Shown: piece after piece, positions 55,924 through 64,000 of the stretch | How the letters are laid out: each line of letters begins with the position of its first letter | How positions within the stretch are numbered: the stretch's first letter is position 1 | Origin: an uncultured Thermoplasmata archaeon | Lineage (GTDB): Archaea; Thermoplasmatota; Thermoplasmata; SG8-5 | Assembly: GCA_964354755.1 (NCBI GenBank) | Contig: CAYHBA010000001.1 | Span: 320,706-384,705 of the forward strand | Direction: 5' to 3' | Length of the DNA: 64,000 nt | Translations under genes and position numbers: made by a program | Notes under the pieces: generated by a model | The model's input: only the letters and a program-made list of their open reading frames with translations | The model's database searches: none | Told to the model about the DNA's origin: nothing

Positions 55924-58900
55924 TCAATCGCCGGCCATCGCCTTCCGGCACTTCTCGGCCCAGGGGCGCATTCCCATCCTCTCGAATTCAGCGAGAGCTT
56001 TTCCAAGTTCTTCCTTGGCCTTGGTTTCTTTGCCCGCTATCGACAAGAGACAGGCCTTTTCGAAAATCAGAATCGCCTTTTCCTTCAGGTCTCCGATTTC
56101 GGTCAGGATTTCTTCGGCTTTGTTGTACTCGTCCATGGCTCCGTTATTATCTTTCAGCTTGCTCAGTACTGTGCCCAGGACGCGCCGGCTCGCTCCTTCC
56201 TGAGACCTGGCTCCGATCTCCACAGAGGTTCGAACTGCCTTCCTGGAATAATCCAAAGCAGCATTGGCATCTCCCTGGCATGCATAAACCTCGGCCATGC
56301 CTCTCAAATTGTGAATCGAGACAAGTTTGTCTTTGATTTCGATGCAGATGTCAAGGCTCTTCCTGTAATGCTCCATGGCCTTGTCCAGGTCGCCCTTGTC
56401 TTTGAAAATCTCTCCGATATTGATTAGGGCCAGGGCCATGCCAGACTGGTCGCCCATCTTCACCCTCAGGGCATAGCTCAATTTCTGGTTTTCCAATGCC
56501 TTCTCCAGTTCCCCGAGGTCCCGTTGGGCAAGGCTGATATTCCCAAGCGAATTGGCAATGCCGACGGAATAGCCGATTTTCTCGAAAATTCTCAGGCTCC
56601 TGGTCTGGTAACCAAGCGACACCTCAAGCTCTCCCCTGTCCCAATGGGCAAGACCTATGTTGGCGAGCACGCCCCCAATCCCCGCTTGGTTTCCGATTTT
56701 TTCGTTTATCTCCAAACAACGTCTGTAATGATCCAAGGCCAGGTCAAGGTTCCCTTGGTTATGGTATACGATTCCCATGTTGACAAGGGCAGCGGCTGTC
56801 CCCTGTTCGTCCTTGATCGACTCCATGATGCTCAGGCTGTGCTTGTAATACTGCAGTGCCTTGGCGAAATCGCTATTGTTCCAGTATATTATTCCGATGG
56901 CCCGGAGAGCATCCCCGACATCCTTCTGTTCGCCTACCCTGGAGTAGACAGCCAAGGCCTCCTGCAGCCGTGCAAGGCCCTGTTCGTTATGTCCCTTTCT
57001 CTGAAGTGCACGGCCCTCTCCGAACAGCAACCTTCCCAACTCCACGTCATCTTCGCTTACGAGTTTCTTGGCGGTCCCCAAGATGCCGAGCGCGCTCTCG
57101 AAATCTCCTTTGTTGAGGAACACCTCGGCCGTTTTCCTTAACATGCGCGCTTTGGTTGTTCCGTCGGCTGCGGAATCATTGATTGTTTTATAGAAATTAA
57201 TAGCTTCGTCATAAATGCCGCTGACCACTTGGAGGTCGGCCAGCTTTTCCATGACCTCTGATTTTTGTTGCTCGGGCAAAAAGGCAAGGGAATTGCGGTA
57301 TGCATGGATGGCTTCTTGATTGAAGAACCTCTCCCTTGCAGAATCTCCGGATTTGACTAGGTATGGGCCGGCTCTCGCATCGGTTGCCTTTTGGTAATGG
57401 TATGCCAATTCACTCATTACTCTATCGGGGCTGGCCGAAGCTTCGAGGAACTCGGCAATCATCCTGTGGTATTCCTCCCTGAGTTCCTCCATGATGCCGT
57501 TATAGAGCACCTCCCTTATTTTTGTGTGATCGAAGGAATACGTCCTGGCTGAGGAATGAATCAGCCTGTGGCTGTTCTCGATTTCAGCCAAATTCCTCAG
57601 CACGGCAATTCTGCTTAGGCCTGTCAGTTTAACAATTATTTCTGCGGAGAATGTCTCTCCGATAACGGCCCCGCATTCCAGAATGTCATGCTGCTCTTTA
57701 TGCAATCTGTCCAGACGTCTCCTCACCACATCATAGACCTTTGTAGGGAGCTCCACCTTCTCAAATTTGCTCGTGAATGTCCATTCGTCCTCCTCATTCT
57801 TCACCATGGCCCCTTCCTCGACCAGCATTTTCAAAAGCTCCAAAACGAAAAGAGGCGTGCCTCCCGTTTCCGTGTGAATCTTCTCAAGGAATGCGTCCTC
57901 CACGGAGAGGCCCCGAAGGGCTGAGCACATCACTTGGCGAGTGCCCTCCATATCAAGTCTGCGAAGCTCCAATCTTTCAAAGGAATCCTCCTGGCTCATG
58001 TCCTGCATCGTTCTTTCCAGGGGATGCACCTTTCCATAGTCGGGATGTATCAGGTCCTCGGGCCTGTAAGTGGCGATAATAAACACTCTGGAAGTCCTGA
58101 TGTTGCGAGCCAGGTAATGAAGCAGATTCAGCGTTGTAGCATCCGCATTGTGAAGGTCGTCGATGAATAGAATCACCGGCCTTTCAAGCGAAAGGCGCTG
58201 GATGCCCAGGAGTACATTGTCGTATAAATTTTCCCTCTTCAGTTTGGGGTCCTCCACCAGAAATTTACCGCAATATTTACCGCTCTTGACAAATTTGGAT
58301 AGAATGGCCTCGAACCCTTCTATCTGGGCCATGTCACCCTCCCATTTTTCAATGATGGTTCCGAATTGCTGCCATGCATCCGCCAAAACCTCCTTCATGT
58401 CGGTGATGAGCAACTCGCTGAAACCGCCCTTGACCACGCAGGCCAAATGCAACCCTCTGTCTTCTTCCATTATGATTTTGAAGTCCCCATAACCCAACAC
58501 ATTCAGCTTGCCGGTCTTCGAAGATTCGTCCACCATCCGCATGGAGTCCTTTACGAATTCCCCAATGGCCCTCAGCATCGCTGAAAAGATGTCCGAATCG
58601 AGATTGATGTCACCGATCTCAGACCTTGCCATCAATAGGCCGCTGTCGTTCACGAGATATGAGGAAATCAGCAGAGGCGGGGGATCCCCCGAAATAAGAT
58701 GGGGCAGCCCCACCTCTTTCAAGGCATTTTTTATCGGCATGAGGGGTTCAAGGCTTTCAGTGAAACACTGGCCGGTCATTATCCTGAAATCCTTTGTCCT
58801 TGCCTCCTTGATAAGTTCCTGGACTATCCTCGTTTTGCCCACGCCAGCCTCACCGGAAATAAAAATGGTTGAGCCATTTCCGGCCATTGCCGATTCCATG

Positions 58901-58971
58901 GCCTTTGTCAATTTCCCCATTTCAAGCTCGCGGTCCACCAGTTTGGGCCTCAGCAGCAACCTTTTTTCCAC
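55924..58971 (-). CDS. STAND-type P-loop NTPase (AAA_16-like, Walker B DDLH) fused to a long TPR array, with a Roadblock/LC7-like insertion between Walker A and Walker B
   Basis: Walker A GEAGVGKT (residues 40-47); Walker B VILFIDDLHNAD (residues 266-277); residues ~100-205 (LVNDSGLLMARSE...FKIIMEEDRGLHLACVVKGG...ELLITDMKEVLADAW) follow the Roadblock profile; more than 12 TPR-like repeats in the C-terminal 450 aa. Confidence 0.75.
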   Translation of the reverse strand: MEKRLLLRPKLVDRELEMGKLTKAMESAMAGNGSTIFISGEAGVGKTRIVQELIKEARTKDFRIMTGQCFTESLEPLMPIKNALKEVGLPHLISGDPPPLLISSYLVNDSGLLMARSEIGDINLDSDIFSAMLRAIGEFVKDSMRMVDESSKTGKLNVLGYGDFKIIMEEDRGLHLACVVKGGFSELLITDMKEVLADAWQQFGTIIEKWEGDMAQIEGFEAILSKFVKSGKYCGKFLVEDPKLKRENLYDNVLLGIQRLSLERPVILFIDDLHNADATTLNLLHYLARNIRTSRVFIIATYRPEDLIHPDYGKVHPLERTMQDMSQEDSFERLELRRLDMEGTRQVMCSALRGLSVEDAFLEKIHTETGGTPLFVLELLKMLVEEGAMVKNEEDEWTFTSKFEKVELPTKVYDVVRRRLDRLHKEQHDILECGAVIGETFSAEIIVKLTGLSRIAVLRNLAEIENSHRLIHSSARTYSFDHTKIREVLYNGIMEELREEYHRMIAEFLEASASPDRVMSELAYHYQKATDARAGPYLVKSGDSARERFFNQEAIHAYRNSLAFLPEQQKSEVMEKLADLQVVSGIYDEAINFYKTINDSAADGTTKARMLRKTAEVFLNKGDFESALGILGTAKKLVSEDDVELGRLLFGEGRALQRKGHNEQGLARLQEALAVYSRVGEQKDVGDALRAIGIIYWNNSDFAKALQYYKHSLSIMESIKDEQGTAAALVNMGIVYHNQGNLDLALDHYRRCLEINEKIGNQAGIGGVLANIGLAHWDRGELEVSLGYQTRSLRIFEKIGYSVGIANSLGNISLAQRDLGELEKALENQKLSYALRVKMGDQSGMALALINIGEIFKDKGDLDKAMEHYRKSLDICIEIKDKLVSIHNLRGMAEVYACQGDANAALDYSRKAVRTSVEIGARSQEGASRRVLGTVLSKLKDNNGAMDEYNKAEEILTEIGDLKEKAILIFEKACLLSIAGKETKAKEELGKALAEFERMGMRPWAEKCRKAMAGD

Positions 58972-59030
58972 GAGGCTAGGTAAGGCATGTTAATAAAAAA
59001 AGGCTTTCCCGGGACGAAACATGGAATTGT

Positions 59031-60461
59031 TCACAAACAGGCCCGGTTCAGGCACCGCTCCAGCGCTGTCGGGATGCATGCGATGACGTCCGTCGCCGTC
59101 ATCGACTGCCCCAGCCGCTCGAACGCCAGGTCCCCGGCTGCGCCGGAGAGGTAGGCGCCCATCCTGGCTGCGTTGTAGGGCTCCACGCCCTTGGCCATGA
59201 GACCGGCGACAATGCCCGCAAGGACATCGCCAGTGCCACCCACGGTCATCCTGGGGTTTCCAGTGCGGTTGAGCTTGTGTCTTTGGCCGTCTGAAATAAT
59301 ATCAACAGGCTGTTTGAGAAGGACTGTGGCGTCAAACTTCTTGGCCAGAACATCAACGGCTTCCGGACCGAGCTGCTTCGAACCCCCGAGGCGCGTGAAT
59401 TCCCTCGCATGGGGAGTGAGAACCGCCGGAACCATGAATTTGAAAGATTTCGCCTGTGCCAGTGCGAATAGCCCGTCAGCGTCCACGACCACGGGTTTGT
59501 CGAGGCCCTTGAGAAATCCGTTGACCGCTGCAACGGTTTCTCCGCCCCTGCCCAGGCCAGGGCCGATGAGAATCGCGTCTGCGTCCTTGGATAGTTCTTT
59601 AAGGGAGTCCAGGTGCGAAGGGGCGAGGAAGCCGCCTTCCAGGCTGCGGACAATGAACGTAGGGCTGTATGAGGCAATGGCCTGGAAGCTGGACTCGGGC
59701 GTCGCAATGGTGACCAGGTCCACGCCGACTGCCTGCGCTGCGAATGCGGATAGCGCGGGCGCACCTGTGTAAGGCCCGCCGCCAATTATGAGCAGGCGGC
59801 CGTTCTGACCCTTATGCGAGTCCTTGGCCGGAAGGGGGTAGTGGACGAATTCGCCCATACCGGTGTATTCAGCAGCATTCGCTGGGATACCGATATCGGC
59901 TGTCAATATCTTGCCGCTGTTTTTTTCAGTCATGCCCTCCTTGGAGTCATGCAAGGTCACTGTCATCAGGGGTTTGACTGCAAGGTCGGTGCCGAGGCCG
60001 CTGGGTATGTCAACGGAGATCACTCTGGCCTTGGAGGCATTGACCGCCTTTATCCAGGCCGCAAACGGTTCGCGGGGCGAAGACCTCAGGCCAACGCCGA
60101 GCATGGCATCGATTATAACAGGATGATTGGCAATGACTGAAGGCTCCGGGTCATTCAGTATTCTCACGGACTTTGGCAGTTTCCCAGCATTATCGCGCAG
60201 GAGCTGGCTCTTGGCCTTTTCCAGGGGGACTACTTGGGCAAGCGTCACATCCCGGCCCGCAAGCGCCAGATGGCAGGCCGCCACCACACCGTCCCCGCCG
60301 TTGTTCCCGCCACCGCATATGATAAGTATGGCTCCATCCGGGCATTCGCGCAACACCGCATCGGCCACTGCCTTGCCTGCGTTCTCCATGAGCTGGCTTG
60401 CCGGAACGCCCAATTCCTCGGAATTGATGTCAAGCACTTTCGATTCTGAGCAGGGCATCAT
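59031..60461 (-). CDS. nnr: bifunctional NAD(P)H-hydrate epimerase / ADP-dependent (S)-NAD(P)H-hydrate dehydratase
   Basis: YjeF-N (ICGGGNNGGDG) and YjeF-C/carbohydrate-kinase (GPGLG, GGTGDVLAG) motifs. Confidence 0.85.
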   Translation of the reverse strand: MMPCSESKVLDINSEELGVPASQLMENAGKAVADAVLRECPDGAILIICGGGNNGGDGVVAACHLALAGRDVTLAQVVPLEKAKSQLLRDNAGKLPKSVRILNDPEPSVIANHPVIIDAMLGVGLRSSPREPFAAWIKAVNASKARVISVDIPSGLGTDLAVKPLMTVTLHDSKEGMTEKNSGKILTADIGIPANAAEYTGMGEFVHYPLPAKDSHKGQNGRLLIIGGGPYTGAPALSAFAAQAVGVDLVTIATPESSFQAIASYSPTFIVRSLEGGFLAPSHLDSLKELSKDADAILIGPGLGRGGETVAAVNGFLKGLDKPVVVDADGLFALAQAKSFKFMVPAVLTPHAREFTRLGGSKQLGPEAVDVLAKKFDATVLLKQPVDIISDGQRHKLNRTGNPRMTVGGTGDVLAGIVAGLMAKGVEPYNAARMGAYLSGAAGDLAFERLGQSMTATDVIACIPTALERCLNRACL

Positions 60462-63043
60462 CTGTTGTCCTCCAGGTACATCTTCAGTATCTTCTCGTAG
60501 AGCTTGAAATCCTCGCTCCTCGCGAACGAGTCAATCACGTCCTTGGGGAGGTTCTCCAGTATATTGTCCATGGCCTTGAGCAGGCGCGCCATCTCGTCCC
60601 TGTGCCCGGGGTCCAGCATATGTTTGCCTTCGAGCATCTCGGCCTGCTTCTTCATCTTGTCCTCGACTTGGGCCAGGGCATTCTGCATCTCAGTATGGCG
60701 CGTGTCATATTCAAGCTCCTCATGGATCAGTTCCCTCAGGCGCTTATCCATGCTGTCCTTCTCCCTGAGAGTCTCTTCAAGCTCCTTCTCGAGGGCTTTT
60801 ATGCGGGCAGAGAGGCCGTGGGCCGCAAGGGTCTCGACTATCTCGGCATCCTCTATCTTCCTGGACACGTCCACGTTGAGACGGCCCCTCACCTTGGTGA
60901 GCTGCCTGTACTCCTGCTGGAAATGGCAGCCGCGCATGCTGAGTATGCCAAGCTCGAGCGCGCCGCCGTTGTTCCTGATGTCAATTATCCCGTCGAACAG
61001 CTCCTCTATCGCGGCACTGGTCATGGTGTCGTGGGCATCCCTCTCCATCAGCGTGAATGAGGTGTACTTCCTGCTAGCCAGCTTGGCGTTTATCGACTGC
61101 GCGAACGAGTAAACCGTCCTTGTATCAAACAGCCTCAGGGCCGGGGATATCACCTCGAGGACCGCGAGCGATGTCACCTGCTCGCTTATCTTCCTGAGGG
61201 ACAGGTCAATGCCGACGCCCAGGTGGGTGAGGTCCTTGGATGTCCTCACAATGCCCTCGTCTATCTCCATGCCCAGGACCTTGGAGCTCTTCTGCCCGTA
61301 CCAGTCCACTATCTGCAGCAGGCCCCTGTCGATCAGGCCTTTCCGGCTGAGGCCGTTCTCGGACATCCACTCCCCTATCGTATCGGCGTTAACCGATGAC
61401 AGTGCCAGGAGTATGGCATGCCCCTCCTTCTGGGCTTCCATGACCACGGGCTTGACATAATCGGCCGGCATCATCGAACTGGGTATCCACACGAGGAACG
61501 AGCTGCCGACCGGAAGGCCGTCCGGGGAGAGTGATTCAATACCTGGCAGGCCCATTGTGGCCTTTTCCTCGTCATGGTCGAACTTCACAAGCTCAGGTAC
61601 TTTCCCTGACTCGGGACCGTTAATCTCAAGCCCCCGGCCAGTGACTGCGATAGGAAGCCTTGCCGCGCTGAATCCCCCTCCGGAGTAGGATGTTATGCGG
61701 AATGACGACCGCACCTTTCCGTGCTCCACAGACCTTTCAATGCACATGGTGCCGTCGAATATGTCTTCGAGCATGTCCAGCTGGTCAGGGGGGTGAACAG
61801 CCCTGTTGAGCAGTACGAGCCCTCCGCATCCGGCATTCTTCAGCTTTGCCCTGAGAGAACTCAGGAAATCATGCATTCTGTCGAAGCCCTCTACGACTGA
61901 CGTGGGCGAGACAATGTCCATGACCAGCCTGACAGTCGGGAAATCCTTCGAGCTGCGGAGGGCCATGTCTATGCCCACGGCAAGATTGGTCAGGTCGTTG
62001 GACACCTTTATCGTGGACCCGGAGACCTCGATGCTGGTTATGCGCTCAGTGTGCCTGGTGTGCCAGTCCACGAATATGAAGCGTCCTGATTGATCTACCT
62101 CGCCCATGTTCACGCCAGAGACCTCAAGCTTCCTGCGCACACACACGCCCGAACAGCCCGCGCTTACTACAATCACGCAGCCGCCCTTCTGAAGGCCTTC
62201 CCTGACAAACATGCCTGCCAGTATTTCCTTCTCCACGCCGCTCGGGCCCTCCAATACAAGCGTGTCATCCTTCCCGATGCCGTTCCTGAACAGTGCGTCA
62301 ATGGCCCCGCATCCGAACCTCACTGTCCGGGCCAGGGCCCCGCCGAAAAGACCTGTAATAATGCCCAGTTCCTCGGGTATGCGGCCGAAGGTTGACAGCT
62401 CCCACTCGAAAACCGACAGTGGAAGACCGGATTTCTCGACAACAGCCGAGAGCTGGGAGACAGCCTCCTTCACGGTCGTACCCTGGGTAAATTCAATAGA
62501 GTCGAGAAGGTCCGAGACTGATTTCACGCAGCCACATTTTCTGACCTGGGAGAGTATTGCAGAGTTGCCCTCGGTGCTCTCGGCGGCAATCCTAGATAGG
62601 AGGCGCAGGAAGATCGCTCTGACTTTGCCCAGTTCGTCAAGTGCCTCGATGCTGGACTCGGGAGTCTCCTCCCCTATCTGGAAGAGCTCGGAGTATGACT
62701 TCGACAGGATGCCGGCGTTCTCCTCCCCCACCTTCTTTCTGTAATTGGCGATGGAAGTGCTAAAATATATGCCTGTCTCGACCGAGCCTATGAATATCTC
62801 GAGGAATTCCTTTATCGTAAAAATAAGCGTGCTCAGAGCTTCGCCGGTCTCTGCGTCGTCCTGTAGTCCTGACGGTTCAATTCTCAGTTCGTCAGTCACC
62901 GCGAGAAGCGTAAGGACTGGGTTCTCGCGCTTGAACCGCGATATGACATTGCCTATGTTGAGCTCAAGAAACAACGCCTTGTTGTCCTGCAGCACAGTTT
63001 CCAGGAGGCCTGCGAGCAGGCCAACGTTTGACACGCCTGCCAA
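60458..63043 (-). CDS. KaiC-like tandem-domain protein with degenerate P-loops, N-terminal helical domain and C-terminal coiled coil
   Basis: Two RecA/KaiC-like cores (RIPEELGIITGLFGGA...LVLEGPSGVEKE; GLPGIESLSPDGLPVGSSFLVWIPSS) lacking GK[ST]; C-terminal ~130 aa heptad-rich (KALEKELEETLREK...). Confidence 0.55.
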   Translation of the reverse strand: MAGVSNVGLLAGLLETVLQDNKALFLELNIGNVISRFKRENPVLTLLAVTDELRIEPSGLQDDAETGEALSTLIFTIKEFLEIFIGSVETGIYFSTSIANYRKKVGEENAGILSKSYSELFQIGEETPESSIEALDELGKVRAIFLRLLSRIAAESTEGNSAILSQVRKCGCVKSVSDLLDSIEFTQGTTVKEAVSQLSAVVEKSGLPLSVFEWELSTFGRIPEELGIITGLFGGALARTVRFGCGAIDALFRNGIGKDDTLVLEGPSGVEKEILAGMFVREGLQKGGCVIVVSAGCSGVCVRRKLEVSGVNMGEVDQSGRFIFVDWHTRHTERITSIEVSGSTIKVSNDLTNLAVGIDMALRSSKDFPTVRLVMDIVSPTSVVEGFDRMHDFLSSLRAKLKNAGCGGLVLLNRAVHPPDQLDMLEDIFDGTMCIERSVEHGKVRSSFRITSYSGGGFSAARLPIAVTGRGLEINGPESGKVPELVKFDHDEEKATMGLPGIESLSPDGLPVGSSFLVWIPSSMMPADYVKPVVMEAQKEGHAILLALSSVNADTIGEWMSENGLSRKGLIDRGLLQIVDWYGQKSSKVLGMEIDEGIVRTSKDLTHLGVGIDLSLRKISEQVTSLAVLEVISPALRLFDTRTVYSFAQSINAKLASRKYTSFTLMERDAHDTMTSAAIEELFDGIIDIRNNGGALELGILSMRGCHFQQEYRQLTKVRGRLNVDVSRKIEDAEIVETLAAHGLSARIKALEKELEETLREKDSMDKRLRELIHEELEYDTRHTEMQNALAQVEDKMKKQAEMLEGKHMLDPGHRDEMARLLKAMDNILENLPKDVIDSFARSEDFKLYEKILKMYLEDNR

Positions 63044-63071
63044 TTCATCCCCCTGCCGGCTGTCCAGGATT

Positions 63072-63797
63072 TCAGAAAACCTTGGAGTCAGCCGACACGC
63101 TTATCCCGCTGGAGGTGATGAGCATGGGGTGCTTCATCGTGTCGTGCTTGGTGAACCTCATCTTTCTCACGGTAACGGTTCTCCTCAGCTCGCCTTTCAT
63201 GTCCTCCAGGCCGAAAACAATGAAGGAGTCGGCGATGAACTGCTCTACGCCGTACCTTGTCAGCTGGCCTCCTTCAATGGATTCAGTGACCATGAGTGAA
63301 GTGATGTCCTTCTCCCTAAGGAAGCTTCCGAACTTGAACAGTTCCCTTCTCAGTACGCCGGGCGAGTCCTCGTAGTACAGCCCGACTGCTGTAACCGAGT
63401 CCAAGGCAAACCTCTTGGCTCCTGTGAAGTCCATCAGGTTCCTCAGCAGTTCGATGAGTGCGCCGAAGCCAATAACGCCTTCCTCCTCCGTTGTCTTGAC
63501 CCGTCGCCTTACTTCCCCGAGATCCAGAAGAATGAACTTACCATCCTCCTCATACTTGGTGATGTCCAGGCCGTACGCGCTCAGGGCCCTGAGTATGTTC
63601 TCCCTCGGTTCTTCGAGCGTGAGATAAATCCCTGTCTCGTCCTTGTCTTTGACGCCGTTGTAGATGTACTGAAGCGCCAACAGGCTCTTCGCGCTTCCGG
63701 CCGGTCCGCTGACCAGGTTGACCGTGTTCTCGGCAAAGCCGCCGCTCATCAACTCATCAAGTCCGGGAATCCCGGTTGGTACCCTGCTCTTTATCAT
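63072..63797 (-). CDS. KaiC-like / RecA-superfamily ATPase, single domain with intact Walker A
   Basis: TGIPGLDELMSGGFAENTVNLVSGPAGSAKS canonical KaiC N-terminal motif plus P-loop. Confidence 0.8.
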   Translation of the reverse strand: MIKSRVPTGIPGLDELMSGGFAENTVNLVSGPAGSAKSLLALQYIYNGVKDKDETGIYLTLEEPRENILRALSAYGLDITKYEEDGKFILLDLGEVRRRVKTTEEEGVIGFGALIELLRNLMDFTGAKRFALDSVTAVGLYYEDSPGVLRRELFKFGSFLREKDITSLMVTESIEGGQLTRYGVEQFIADSFIVFGLEDMKGELRRTVTVRKMRFTKHDTMKHPMLITSSGISVSADSKVF

Positions 63798-63985
63798 GTC
63801 ATCACCACTTTGTCGCCGTTGGCTATCTTGCGAATCTGCATCAGGACTTCGTCAGTCTCTTCGCCCAGGAAGAACGGGAGCACTGTCTTCAGCTTGGTTG
63901 ACAGCCTGACCACGCCGTTCGGATCGATTGTGTTGAGGTCCAGCCCCAGGTCCGAGCTCTGCTTGGAGAGCACGTATACGCTCAT
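63794..63985 (-). CDS. small hypothetical protein (63 aa), overlapping the start of the downstream KaiC-like gene by 4 nt
   Basis: ORF track only; no recognisable motif. Confidence 0.3.
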   Translation of the reverse strand: MSVYVLSKQSSDLGLDLNTIDPNGVVRLSTKLKTVLPFFLGEETDEVLMQIRKIANGDKVVMT

Positions 63986-64000
63986 GAGACCCAGGGAGCT

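Noticed and set aside
55924-58971. STAND-TPR protein as an Avs-like antiviral sensor
   Set aside because: No N-terminal effector (nuclease, protease or TIR) domain; the P-loop starts at residue 40. It is more consistent with a signalling ATPase than a defence NLR.
1-64000. CRISPR arrays, rRNA/tRNA genes, transposases or integrases
   Set aside because: No regularly spaced direct repeats, no rRNA- or tRNA-like sequence, and no DDE or tyrosine-recombinase-like ORF seen.

Overview
This 64 kb window looks like an archaeal (euryarchaeal-type) chromosome segment of about 58% GC. Most genes sit on the minus strand and the intergenic regions are AT-rich with TATA-like boxes. Positions 20922 to 3754 (minus strand) hold an almost complete archaeal ribosomal-protein super-operon: L3-L4-L23-L2-S19-L22-S3-L29-SUI1-Rpp29-S17-L14-L24-S4e-L5-S14-S8-L6-L32e-L19e-L18-S5-L30-L15-SecY, followed by pyrH, thpR and TBP. 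Many of these r-proteins carry long Lys/Ala/Pro/Glu-rich tails. Positions 52.8-55.6 kb (plus strand) hold the conserved ftsZ-secE-spt5-L11 block. The Spt5 gene there has an unexplained N-terminal extension of about 150 aa, and the expected L1-L10-L12 genes are missing after L11. The accessory content includes: (i) an oligopeptide-type ABC transporter whose substrate-binding protein is fused into a 1608-aa surface protein with Ig-like (Big) domains and TSP3-like calcium-binding repeats, and one of its permeases has a ~480-aa ectodomain; (ii) bacterial-type MutS/MutL next to a radical-SAM protein; (iii) a duplicated ABC-2 exporter; (iv) four KaiC/RecA-superfamily ATPase genes and one STAND NTPase-TPR gene, three of which are physically associated with Roadblock/LC7-type domains (a separate operon partner, a C-terminal domain of a neighbouring gene, or an insertion inside the NTPase domain). 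This recurring P-loop ATPase plus Roadblock pairing is the most system-like novelty I can see. Three intergenic regions share a conserved hairpin-containing element, a candidate ncRNA or miniature repeat family, and one of them sits at the L11 synteny break. I found no tRNA, rRNA, CRISPR array or recognisable transposase. Hand-read coordinates may be off by 1-2 nt; ORF-track coordinates may begin at GTG/TTG.
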